Below the pieces are notes generated by a model, which was not told the origin of the DNA, did no database searches, and worked only from the letters and a program-made list of their open reading frames with translations. Positions 1-10,335 of a stretch of DNA of 64,000 nucleotides are shown here, piece after piece. The DNA comes from Schizochytrium sp. TIO01 (Eukaryota > Protista > Bigyra: Labyrinthulomycetes). The stretch covers positions 1,193,859-1,257,858 of the forward strand of contig SMSO01000006.1 of NCBI GenBank assembly GCA_004764695.1, in the 5' to 3' direction. Within the stretch, counting starts at the first letter, position 1. Each line of letters begins with the position of its first letter. The position numbers and the translations under genes were made by a program.

Positions 1-2274
1 TTCCCGATTAATAATCAGACCATATTTGCGTAGCTGGAGAATACAGAATTTATTGGAACTTGCTTTCTTAACCCATCTGGAAAGATCTTTCGCCACGTCT
101 GCCTCATTTTCAATCCCCAAAGCCAGTGGGTTTTTATGATTCGAAAACCCATTTTGAATAGGCTTCATAAACCAACTTGGTGTGATTGTTCTAAGAAATG
201 ATTTCTGGCGTTCCTCGAAAGTGCATGTATGGTTATCATCAATCGTTTCAGAATTGTGCAAGGGAAAGCTGTCCCCAATGTCACTACTGTCACTCATTTC
301 CAGCAGGTCTTGAGTAGTGGACTCCTGAGATGCATGCTGAGGGTGTATGTCTTCCTGTAAGGAAGATAGTTCTCCGTTTGAGACCGTTTCATGATCTATA
401 GTTCTTGATAGGATGTCTACGATCCGCTTGGCTAGTTCGATCTTTTTGCCATCAGTCTTTGCACCTACATCCAAAGAAAGTAACTTTTGGATAAGCTCAT
501 TTTTGTTCATACGTTGCATCCAGTATGTATATTCAAGAATAAGACCCTCCCCTTGACGCTTCCTTTTATATTGCTTCTGAGCTCCTTCAGATGAATAAGA
601 AGAACGCTTATTAGGACGGGGGAATAATGAGATAATTCGTTGCGGGTCAAGACAAGCGAACGATTTCACATCGTGGTGTAAGGCCATAAGCTCATCCGAA
701 TGAACGAATGGAGCATTTTTAAAGTTGATACAGGTAAAAGCACCGGTGCTTGTAATTCTAAATTGCCGAGCCATAAACCAGTCAGGTGTTCTTTGGGAAA
801 TTGTCATTGAGAAGATATTGGCGTTCACAAGGTTAATTTTATGATTAGCTTGTGCCTTCATCTTATATGTACTCATGTCACACGGCTCTATCTCAATCTC
901 AGCATGTGGAACGCGCTTTACACCACCTGGTGAGTTCCAATCTACTCCAGCAGGAAGTACTTCGTAACTCCAAACTTGGTCAGCCAAACAACGGTCGTTC
1001 GTGATGAGTTGTGCAACTCTATGCTTTCCCGCACCGTGACGCATCATCATCGCAGCAACAAAATCGCCATTCTGGTATCTTTGAGCGGTGTAGGTGCTTC
1101 GACGGCCATTCCTGTTAATGATAGTTTGACTTCCCCTCACAGGCGTAGCAGGAACTGGTCCTTCAACATCTATAAACGGGAATGACGAGGTCTTGCGACA
1201 AGTTCCAAGAAATTTGACTCCCTTTGACTGAAGAATTTGAGTTATGTTTGTTGCACGATCCATATCCTGAGGTTTCGATAATGCCAGATAACCACGATCA
1301 ATGAATACACGAAGCTCTGAAGACACAGACGCATCAGGGCTTTCTCCTGACTCCCCCTCATTCAGAAAATCTATTGCCTTGCTTACAATTTTATGAACAG
1401 GTGAGTGGGAAGTCTCTAACCGTGGTACTAGGAGCAGACCTGTACCCACAGAGCACACAAGATGTATCACGGGTTTCTGTTTTTTTGTTTTCGTTGGAAT
1501 GGTACGAATTCCAAAATTCTCCCACTGAGGAGAACCATAGGGAAGCTTGTCGTCATCAAGATCGATCCAAGTGGTTTTAGGGACAAAGAACATCTTCACC
1601 CAATGGCGCTGAGCAGCACCTCCCATTTCATGGATGATCGGACTTGAGGAGCATACTCTAGCCTCGCGTGACCCTTTTGTTGCCCGATTGGACTTGTCCA
1701 GGCTCATTGCCTTTCGAACTTTTGAATAGGATACCGTATGGGCTAGATTCCAATGACCTGGTGGGTCCTCAAGACACTCCGAGAACGACTTTCCTGCAAC
1801 TCGCAGAGAAATTTCAACGAGAAGGTAGGCACGGAAATCTTGATCCGTGATAGAAAATGGCGGAGATGCGTTTGAGCTAAGACTATTCAACCATTCCTTA
1901 ACTGCAATCACCCAGCCTGGCGGCAAACAAATCTTGAAACTATCAAGCCTGGTAAATTTGTAGTTATTGTCAACACGAAGAACCTTTCGAATCCTTTTAG
2001 TAATCTCCGAACTTTCTTGTTGAACCTTGGGGAGCATTAATTCGCTTGAGCAATTGTACTTGAGTTGGACTGCGTTCATGCCAAGTTGAGACCCAGATAG
2101 GTTGCTGTGGTACTTTGCGCCTTCAGTGGAGTAAGATTGAAAGGTCCAGTTTTCATGGCCAGGAGTACTTGCCGATGAACACTCATAGAGATCGTTCTCG
2201 TCTTCATCAGAAGAAGACTCATCAGAGGAAATGTAGATTGAGTCCTTGTCATTCTCGACGTCATCTAGAGACAT
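1..2274 (-). CDS. piggyBac-like (DDE_Tnp_1_7-like) transposase fused to a YqaJ/lambda-exonuclease domain with an inserted SAP motif; 3'-partial, 758 codons in window
   Basis: Manually translated; no stop from ATG 2274 to base 1, and an in-frame TGA lies just upstream of the ATG. Acidic N-terminus (SLDDVENDKDSIYISSDESSSDEDEND). piggyBac-like blocks: ITDQDFRAYLLVEI, WIDLDDDKLP (~1569-1540), VFIDRGY (D at 1299), GVKFLGTCRK. YqaJ-like motifs: SQRTPDWFMARQFRITST (~798-745), LALGIENE (~126-103), YGLIINRE (24-1). SAP-like MNKNELIQKLLSLDVGAKTDGKKIELAKRI (~510-421). Confidence 0.8.
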   Translation of the reverse strand, partial: MSLDDVENDKDSIYISSDESSSDEDENDLYECSSASTPGHENWTFQSYSTEGAKYHSNLSGSQLGMNAVQLKYNCSSELMLPKVQQESSEITKRIRKVLRVDNNYKFTRLDSFKICLPPGWVIAVKEWLNSLSSNASPPFSITDQDFRAYLLVEISLRVAGKSFSECLEDPPGHWNLAHTVSYSKVRKAMSLDKSNRATKGSREARVCSSSPIIHEMGGAAQRHWVKMFFVPKTTWIDLDDDKLPYGSPQWENFGIRTIPTKTKKQKPVIHLVCSVGTGLLLVPRLETSHSPVHKIVSKAIDFLNEGESGESPDASVSSELRVFIDRGYLALSKPQDMDRATNITQILQSKGVKFLGTCRKTSSFPFIDVEGPVPATPVRGSQTIINRNGRRSTYTAQRYQNGDFVAAMMMRHGAGKHRVAQLITNDRCLADQVWSYEVLPAGVDWNSPGGVKRVPHAEIEIEPCDMSTYKMKAQANHKINLVNANIFSMTISQRTPDWFMARQFRITSTGAFTCINFKNAPFVHSDELMALHHDVKSFACLDPQRIISLFPRPNKRSSYSSEGAQKQYKRKRQGEGLILEYTYWMQRMNKNELIQKLLSLDVGAKTDGKKIELAKRIVDILSRTIDHETVSNGELSSLQEDIHPQHASQESTTQDLLEMSDSSDIGDSFPLHNSETIDDNHTCTFEERQKSFLRTITPSWFMKPIQNGFSNHKNPLALGIENEADVAKDLSRWVKKASSNKFCILQLRKYGLIINRE

Positions 2275-2689
2275 GACACACAGCTGACGTTAAACTCAAG
2301 CGCCAATGGACCTCTTCGCTGAGGGAAGTGCTGATAGATCCCAAGTAGACTAGCAAGTGGACGATGAAGTAAGGTATGATGTACTTTTGTTGGTACTGCT
2401 GGCACTACATGCTGGCGCAAGATATTATTGATGTTTATCAGTATTAATTGTCTGGTAGAACAGGTACCGTGGGAGAACCTAACGACCATGTGTCAAATAC
2501 CTGTTAACCTAACCACCACCTAACCGCCACTGAGAATGTCATTGTTTGGTCCTAAACTCAACTATCAATCGGAGAATCATGAGAACATGATAACATATGG
2601 ACAGGTGAGGTCGGGGAGGGTAAACTAAACGAGTTTCATCCCGAACAGAGCTAGACTGTTGAATTGATCAATGACTCAAGTAGGTACAT

Positions 2690-2778
2690 ATTTTTCGGGA
2701 CGTAATAAGTCCTTAAATACTCTACCGGGAAAATTAAAGTTTATCCGATTTTTCGGGACGTAATACGTCCCGAAAAAT
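2690..2778. repeat. Subterminal palindromic/direct repeats (ATTTTTCGGGACGTAATA x2; second copy forms a perfect 15-bp inverted repeat)
   Basis: Read directly: 2690-2707 and 2748-2765 are identical, and 2748-2762 is the reverse complement of 2764-2778. Confidence 0.9.
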
Positions 2779-4936
2779 AGCCAGGGATATTGCTACTGCT
2801 ATCTTCTCAGAACTTGAAGTTCATTTTAAAAGAAAAAAAGAAAAAAGATATCGCTCGATTCGTACTAGTATGATAGAACTATTCGAATTGCTACGGTCAA
2901 AGAGAGATCAGAACGGAAAGAAAAGAAAAGGAAAGGAACGCGAAAAGCAAAGAGTGAAGAAAACAAAACAAAAAGGAACTAGACACTGGACTCTCTTTGT
3001 CCTCCATGCCCATTCCTTTTCATACAAGTTACAGGAAAGCAACTTCAACTCTTTTTATCAATTGCTAATTGTGATAGGCTTGTGAAACTTGTATTAACCC
3101 AAAGTGGTCATCTAACATTTAAGGAGGGCTCTCACCAATAAGGTATATTATAGACCTTTTTAATGATGAACAAGCGCGACTGAAAAGGCCTATTTGCCCG
3201 GTCGGCTCTACGTAAATTGAAAAGGAAGAAAAGCATTGATAAAGAAAACTAAAGAGATAAAAGGCTTTTTTAATTAAGTTAATTAATTCATGAAACATTC
3301 ACAAGAGGCGATAGTGCATCCAATTTGATCTCCGGGTCGATTTGATTTCTGGTGGAGTTGATTTGCATTTTTGGACATGCCTGAATTCATCATGGATCAC
3401 GTAATAACTGGGAAGAATCTATTATTGCTTTATTCGCCATGGCAAAGCTACGCTAACCTTTGCTGAGAGCAAAAGCCTAAGTTCATCAGCGATTGAAATT
3501 AATTCAACCCAGGCTGAGGGAGGAGGCATTGCAATCATGAATTGAAGATTGGTGCAGGAACCTGATTGCACAGACAATTGTTGCGGTATATCTGATGAAA
3601 TGGGAGCACTTCGAAAGCTCGCATGTGATCGAATGAGCGTCTTCACGCATGCACGGATGAAAGGAAATGAGCCATTTGAGGTTGAAACTGAAACCGTAGG
3701 ATCCTACGATCTAGCAGGTGATGAATGAGTAAATGAAAGACTCTACATGGACAAATATTTATCTCCCCAATCGTATTTATTCACTCAGATAGAGACCGCA
3801 TCAGTCTCTAAGTTTCAATTCTTCGGGTTGTTTCTACGGCCACAAACTAGTAAAGCATGATCGACCTTGAGTGGTGAAGCAATTTACTTATTCTAATGAT
3901 TGCTGTCGAGTCTTTCACGTGCCCTCCTGATCACATCTGTCGTGAGCTGCGCATGGATGTTGATTAGATTTGCGGAAGGCCATCGATGGATGAGTAGGGA
4001 ACTGAGCTGTCACTATTGCGCGTATAAATGCATGAAGAGATGGTGTACGAAGGAATGGAGTCAAGCTACGTCAAGAGGTCTCAGCTTTGTTTGAGGATGT
4101 CTTCCAATTGACTACTACTTTCTCTTTCTTTTTCGTGTTGACTCGCGCCGATGTTAACTTTTAACATTTCTGCAGGTACTAGTACGAGTAGGTAGTCATT
4201 AGGTAAAACTACAGAAGAAAAAACAACACTTATGAGAGAAAAACCAATTAAAAGAAGAGCACAGTCAAATCGCTCACATTCAATCCATCTGTGCGAGCAA
4301 GCCAACTTCGGCTGCGCTGCTGCGTGTGGCGACCTTCAGGTACGTTCGAAGCTTAGCCAAGCATGATTGAGAGAAGTCTGGAGACCCTTGTAGCTAGTCT
4401 CGCTGAACCTCGGGCGTCTGCAACACGATGTTGATGTTGCATCCAAGGATGTAGGCATGGACTGTGAGTCCAGCTGCATAGAAACCCTCAGAGCACATCG
4501 ACACTGAGCTTGCAATGATGCAAAAATTCATAGGATGTGAATGTCATGATGACTAACAGCATGCTTCTGACCAACGTCTGGACTACGAAAATATATTAAT
4601 TTTCACAGGAGTTCTGATCCGGGTGACCAACGTGTAATACAGCCAGACAGCAAAGGAGCTGGACAAAACCTGGCATTATCAGGATAGAATAGCACAGTGT
4701 ATTCAGATTTCGATATCGTCTAGAGCATAAGCATACTATCTTCATCCGTGCGTGAAATCCTTCGCACCAAGAAGTAAAGAAGATCATACTTACTTCACAT
4801 TACTCTGGGGAGCCGTTCTCAAAGCCTTTGCACATGTGCTTGCGAGCAGGCTGACCCGTGCGACGATAACGCAGCTGGACCTTGACGTGTTGCCTTCTGG
4901 AGATAATCTTGGAACTCACTCAAGGAGTGTGATATT

Positions 4937-6808
4937 ATGCTCTTCTCTTCGAGCGCTCGTGTAGAAGACTCGGGAAATCCATCATCCGATGGAGGCTCTT
5001 CGATTGGCTGGGGCAATGCAGGTCACCTTGATGGAATTCACGTCCGTCGACGTGTGAGCAGCAATGGTACGCGTAATTCATCTAGCGACTACGGAGACAT
5101 CCACAACCCGCATCCATTTCATCACCACGGTGAACATAATGGCCACCACGGGGAGGTAGATCTGCATCATGTTGGGACAAGCTCCCACCGCAACGGATTC
5201 ACTGAAGTCAACCTGCATGATGAAGACGCATCATCTGTTTTTGGCGACCATGTGCACGCTATTGACACGAACGAGACCAAGCAGGGCTTGAACATGTGGC
5301 GGCTTGCAGCGCTAACTTTTTTTACCGTCTCTGGCGGTCCGTACGGTCTGGAACCGCTAATTATGACTGTTGGACCCTATTACAGTATTATTGGCCTGTT
5401 GCTAGTACCATGGGTTTGGGGTATGCCGTGCGCATTAATGACAGCAGAGTTGGCTTCAGCCATTCCAGAAATGGGTGGTTATATCTCGTGGGTGCAGCGT
5501 ACAATGGGTGACTTTTGGGCCTTTCAGAACGGTATTTGGAACATCTTTAGCAACACGTTGGATAACACTTTGTACCCAGTCATGTTCGTTGATTATATTG
5601 AAGAGATGATGGGCCCAACCTTTGAGTTTAGTTTTATGACACGATTTCTGATCGGCTCAATCATGGTTATCTTTCTCGGGTTTGTGAATGTTATTGGTGT
5701 TGATGTGGTGGGAGATGGTGCCAGTGTTTTCGGTGTGTTTGTGATTTTGCCATTTCTTGTAATGGTTATAATCGGTTTTGCTTCTGGCGAAGTGGAGCCT
5801 AGTGATTGGGGTAAATCTACGCCAAGTCTCGACTTTGGTCTTTATGTTTCCATGCTTTTGTGGAACACCTGTGGCTACGATTCAGCCGGTACGTGTGCTG
5901 CCGAAGTAGAGAATCCAGGTAAAATTTACCCCCGTGCTATGCTTTTGACAATCGTCTCTACCACTTTGCTCTATGTTCTTCCAATTATGGTCGGTGTTTC
6001 TTTTGCAACGGACTACTCAGCTTGGGATGACGGTCATTTTGTTACGATTGGTGAATTGATCGGAGGTAAATTTCTCAAAATCTTTGTCCTTGTTGCAGGT
6101 TGTGTATCTTCGCTGGGTCTGCTAAACTCTACAATGTGCACGTCATCACGTGCACTGGCATGCATTGCTGGATTTGGCTATGCCCCCAAAGTTGTAGCCC
6201 GTATCCATCCTAAATATGGAACACCAGTTGTGGCTATCTTTCTTAATTCAATCTCCATCATTGCCTTGGTGGCTACAGGTCTTGACTTCGAGTCTATTGC
6301 ACAAATGTCCATGTGGCTCTATGCACTTACCCTATCGTTTGAGTTTTTTGCGCTCATGCTACTGCGCACGCAAGAGCCCGAACTTGAGCGGCCTTACCGG
6401 ATTCCTCTTGGCTACTGGTCGTTGTGGGTGATGTGCTCCCTTCCTTTGGGGTGCTGTGTCTTTCTTCTCGTACTTTCGGAGGCCCAAACCTGGTACATTT
6501 GCACAGGTATTCTAATTTTTGGTCTTATCATGCTTATCCCATATTATATCACTAGTGGCAAGCCAGTTATCTTGCCCAGGCCTCTCCAGGGCCTGTGCTA
6601 CTTGTGTTGCCGCTGCAATGCATTTCGTCCAGTCAAGGTTGACGAGCAAGATGCGGACGCAACTGAGATCCCAGATACAAAATTCACCACAGATAATGCT
6701 GCAGAGGTTCAAATGACCGACCTCAACCTTAGTGCTGCGAGGCGAAAAGAGCATACCTCTTTTGATGAAGAGGATGAGAATGACTTAGAACCACTGCAAT
6801 TTACCTGA
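4937..6808 (+). CDS. APC-superfamily amino acid/polyamine permease (PUT/RMV1/LAT-like)
   Basis: 623-aa ORF with roughly 12 hydrophobic segments. Motifs LTFFTVSGGPYGLE, ALMTAELASAIPEMGGYISWV, WNTCGYDSAGTCAAEVENP, RIHPKYGTP and LRTQEPELERPYRIP match the polyamine uptake transporter family. Confidence 0.9.
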   Translation: MLFSSSARVEDSGNPSSDGGSSIGWGNAGHLDGIHVRRRVSSNGTRNSSSDYGDIHNPHPFHHHGEHNGHHGEVDLHHVGTSSHRNGFTEVNLHDEDASSVFGDHVHAIDTNETKQGLNMWRLAALTFFTVSGGPYGLEPLIMTVGPYYSIIGLLLVPWVWGMPCALMTAELASAIPEMGGYISWVQRTMGDFWAFQNGIWNIFSNTLDNTLYPVMFVDYIEEMMGPTFEFSFMTRFLIGSIMVIFLGFVNVIGVDVVGDGASVFGVFVILPFLVMVIIGFASGEVEPSDWGKSTPSLDFGLYVSMLLWNTCGYDSAGTCAAEVENPGKIYPRAMLLTIVSTTLLYVLPIMVGVSFATDYSAWDDGHFVTIGELIGGKFLKIFVLVAGCVSSLGLLNSTMCTSSRALACIAGFGYAPKVVARIHPKYGTPVVAIFLNSISIIALVATGLDFESIAQMSMWLYALTLSFEFFALMLLRTQEPELERPYRIPLGYWSLWVMCSLPLGCCVFLLVLSEAQTWYICTGILIFGLIMLIPYYITSGKPVILPRPLQGLCYLCCRCNAFRPVKVDEQDADATEIPDTKFTTDNAAEVQMTDLNLSAARRKEHTSFDEEDENDLEPLQFT

Positions 6809-7881
6809 GAAAGAGGATTTACTGATGAAGAAAGCTCTCGTTTACAAGTGTCTGTCACATCTCTTCTCCGTGCCTCTTGAGCCTTGGTTCTCCTGTAGTC
6901 TCCCTCAATTTACAGCAATTGCTTTAAGGAATTAGCCTTTAATCTTCAGCACTATAAAATACTGCAGTAAAGGGGAAAAGTCCAAAGGCTTAAAAATAAA
7001 GAGGTCTGCCTTTGCATAGAACTGCTTGCGCAGTCCCATATCGGAATTAAGAAGAAAGCCTTCAGTTACCAGGGGTTTTGCCTTGCTGTTGAAATACCTT
7101 TGGTTTGGGCCTCCCTTACGACAATACTCAAGATAATGGAAATGAACTATATGTTTACTATTATTGCCAAAACTTTACTATACCCTTTTAGTCACATGAG
7201 ACTAAACAGATTTGTATTTAGCTTTCCTGCAAATGTGGAAGAGAACAAAAGATTCGTTCTTTTTTCTTCTTTTTCCTATTTCCTCTTGTCCTAATGTAAG
7301 TGAGGGAGGTTTTGTGCTCACCTCATGAACATACTATCTTCTCCAAGATTTTGAGAAAACAGTTGTTAATACATGTAAAGTTGACACTCATTTCCATATG
7401 AGTGGACATTCATTAGTATGTAACTTGACATTCACGTATGAATGATAAGCTTTCATTTTAATATGTAGAGCAAGAGTTTATTGGATTATGTATCAATAGT
7501 ATAATAAATATCATCTATTTTGTATGAAAAGTAGATATTCCTTTATATATGTAAAGTTGACATATATGTATGGTAGACATATCTTAATATATAAAGACGT
7601 CCATTTATGTGTGTAGTGTAGTCATTCGTTTAAATACATTCGTTTTTAGAACATAGGTAGTATAAACATTTAACAATATGTAAATTATACTAAACATGAA
7701 GTCTGAACAACGCAATTATGATATTCTATTCCTCTATAGCACAATAACATGTAAATATTCTTGAGAAAAGCAAAGCAAAACATCAGATTAAACCCAGTAT
7801 ACAGTCAAGTATGGGTTTGGTTCTGACTAACTTGAGGGATTTTATGTTTTAAATCAACTACGATGATGTTCATTGCTCTAG

Positions 7882-9012
7882 CTACAGAGGAACCATAGCT
7901 GCGAGCTGCTCAATTGCCTCATCCATGACCTTATGAAAATAGTGATTCCAGAAGCGTCCCTTGCTCAGGTGATGAGGGATAAGCTCACGAAAGGGTGCAC
8001 CGAGGTTAGGGTCAAGTGCCCATGCAGCTTGGACGGCCTCCCGGTCCCTGGCCATATCGAACTGGAAATTATTAGCGGCCTGGAAGATAGCAACATAAGA
8101 CTCCTGACCTTTAGAGGTTGGGTTGAGAAGCTCAAGGTCCGTAAAGGTTTCTACTCGTGAAGAAAGGGAAAGAATACGATATTTCAACATGACCCAAAAC
8201 TTATCAGGGATACCCGGGCCTTTATGAGCAGCTACCTCTTCAAGCAGGACGCTCAAGAAAGTGGGCGCTGAAATCCTAAGCACGTCCATGACGAGTTTCT
8301 TATCCCCCTCAGACAAGTCACCTGCTTCAGCTGCAGACAACTTTAGTGATGGACCAGGTTTTGCAGGTTTTGCCTGAGCAATAAAGGCTGCTAGCTCTGA
8401 GTAGGACTTAAAGGAGAGTCCCGATAACTGTTTTGTAGCAGAGACGTAGGTCTTGCCATCAACAGCAAAGAACCCATCGGGAATATTGTCAGAACTTAAA
8501 TGGTGAGAGAACATGGTTTTTAGGGCTTCATCATCAATACCAGAAAAGAGCCAATGGCGAAGATGAGCAATGTGTGTAAAGTAGTTCTTGAAAAACTCTA
8601 GCTCAGAAAGTTGATTTGCGCGAACTAGCTGCGGCTTGACCTTGGACAGCCGAGAGTCAAGCTCGCATGCTGCGAGAACAGCATCACGGTCCAGTGGGTC
8701 CGTAAGATCAAACTGGAATCCACTTGTGGACACTCTATGGATAACGCCTGGGTCAGGTTGACGAAATGGAGCAAATCGCATTTTCTTGCCTTCGGCAGGC
8801 TCCGTCAGCGCAAGGAATTTAGTATAGAATTCTGCCAGCCTCTGAACATCTTTCTTACAGATCTCGGCGATCCAACGGTACGAGGGGACATCGGTGCAGT
8901 CTCCATGAAATCGCAGCAAGCGTGTCAAAGGACCAACTTCGCTTCGCAAAAGGTCTGACTGCGTCTCGGTACCCGTTGCAATGGGTGCAGCTGTAGAGGA
9001 GTTAGCGCCCAT
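7882..9012 (-). CDS. N-myristoylated protein with two SYAP1-like BSD domains
   Basis: 376 aa, starting MGANSS (MGxxxS myristoylation consensus). Two related blocks, FQFDL...LDSRLSKVKPQLVRANQLSELEFFKNYF and FQFDM...LDPNLGAPFRELIPHHLSKGRFWNHYFHKV, resemble the BSD signature D..L...R..LVP....E..FW.NYF. Confidence 0.7.
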   Translation of the reverse strand: MGANSSTAAPIATGTETQSDLLRSEVGPLTRLLRFHGDCTDVPSYRWIAEICKKDVQRLAEFYTKFLALTEPAEGKKMRFAPFRQPDPGVIHRVSTSGFQFDLTDPLDRDAVLAACELDSRLSKVKPQLVRANQLSELEFFKNYFTHIAHLRHWLFSGIDDEALKTMFSHHLSSDNIPDGFFAVDGKTYVSATKQLSGLSFKSYSELAAFIAQAKPAKPGPSLKLSAAEAGDLSEGDKKLVMDVLRISAPTFLSVLLEEVAAHKGPGIPDKFWVMLKYRILSLSSRVETFTDLELLNPTSKGQESYVAIFQAANNFQFDMARDREAVQAAWALDPNLGAPFRELIPHHLSKGRFWNHYFHKVMDEAIEQLAAMVPL

Positions 9013-9786
9013 CTTGCGCTTGCCAACTTGGACTGTCCAACGTCACAGTCAATGTTGGCTTTTTCTGAAGTAACCAAATAATGCTACAAACGCGAGAGTG
9101 GAGACTTTCACGATGAATTTATATTGTAAGCCCTTCACGAGAGACTCAAGCAACTACGCAATTGCTACCGTCAAGGTCGAGGAGTCGATCGAAAGAAGAT
9201 TGATCTCCTTGTTTCTTATCTGTTTGAAGTTAATACAAGCTTATATAGTTTCTGCTAATGCGCCGTTAAAATTAACTCTACTTGGTCCCATGGTACCCAA
9301 TATGGTCCCATCTCATGACGTATAAGTTTCTAAATCTCCCAGTTTTCTAGTTTCTCATCATGCTAGGATATCCCCGCGAAATTCTCAGGCTGGAAGTATA
9401 TACCTACATTTGTTTTAAAAATTCACTGATTTTTAAGATGGCCCAACGCTCCATATGACTCTGTATCGAAAATCTGATGAAGCGATTGAAACCTATTTGA
9501 TGGAAAAAATTTACTTTGATGGTTGCATATTAGGCCCTTACTTCTATGAACTACCTGTTTGTTATTATTATTTATTACTATGAGGCAAACATTTGAGAGA
9601 GCCTTGTTCGCTCGCTGTCTGGTCATGCAAAGTGAGCGAGAAAGAGAGCAAAGCGCGATATTCGCGACGCATCGAGAATCTCGGTGTGTCACAGGGGTCG
9701 GAAGCGAGGCGACTAGAGAAACACATTTGTTCATAGCCTAAGATTTTGTCAACCGTCTTGATTGGGTTTTTCCTTTGTTCTTCAAG

Positions 9787-10335
9787 ATGGATCCGCTCCT
9801 GAGTGCCGCCTTAAAGCGTGGAAACCCAGTGGTCTTCATGGACGTCTCAATTGGAGGGCAGCCTCAGGGCAGACTCCGATTCGAGCTTCGCAAGGACGTT
9901 GTGCCACGGACTACAGAGAACTTTAGACAGCTCTGCACTGGCGAGATGCGTAAAGATGGCTTTCCAGTTGGCTACAAGGGTGCCAAGTTTCATCGGATCA
10001 TCAAGGATTTCATGGTGCAGGGTGGAGACTTTTTAAATGGGGACGGGACGGGTAGCACCTCCATTTATGGCACCCGCTTCGATGACGAGAACTTTGAGCT
10101 CAAACATGATGGTCCAGGGCTTTTGTCAATGGCTAATTCGGGCCCAAACACGAATGGGTGTCAGTTTTTCATTACCTGCGCAAAGTGTGAGTGGCTAGAT
10201 GGCAAACATGTCGTCTTTGGCAAACTTCTTGCTGATGAAGAGTCCTCGCTGCTTCTGAGAAAACTGGAAAATGTCCGCACAAAGGCTCAGAGTCCGCAAC
10301 TTGAGTGTCTGGTCACTGAGTGTGGCGAGCTCTAA
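9787..10335 (+). CDS. PPIH: Cyclophilin H-type peptidyl-prolyl cis-trans isomerase (spliceosomal U4/U6 cyclophilin)
   Basis: Cyclophilin core [45 protein letters not shown]. The [10 protein letters not shown] loop and [14 protein letters not shown] are typical of PPIH. First ATG is at 9787 (the track start 9775 is TTG). Confidence 0.9.
   Translation: MDPLLSAALKRGNPVVFMDVSIGGQPQGRLRFELRKDVVPRTTENFRQLCTGEMRKDGFPVGYKGAKFHRIIKDFMVQGGDFLNGDGTGSTSIYGTRFDDENFELKHDGPGLLSMANSGPNTNGCQFFITCAKCEWLDGKHVVFGKLLADEESSLLLRKLENVRTKAQSPQLECLVTECGEL

Larger units (their letters stand above)
1..2786 (-). mobile_element. piggyBac-like DNA transposon, partial (continues beyond window start); putative 5' terminus at 2786
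   Basis: Contains the transposase-like ORF 2274->1. Upstream is a perfect 15-bp palindrome ATTTTTCGGGACGTA-A-TACGTCCCGAAAAAT (2748-2778) and a second, degenerate copy starting at 2690. The region ends in CCAGGG|ATAT, so on the - strand the element would start CCC as piggyBac elements do. The other end is not visible. Confidence 0.65.

Noticed and set aside
2505-2530. CCTAAC motifs resembling telomeric repeats
   Set aside because: Only two non-tandem copies, inside the putative transposon leader; not a telomeric array.
3290-3730. Coding-like stretch with short ORFs right of the transposon end
   Set aside because: Stops in the frames I translated and no recognisable motif; cannot support a gene or pseudogene call.
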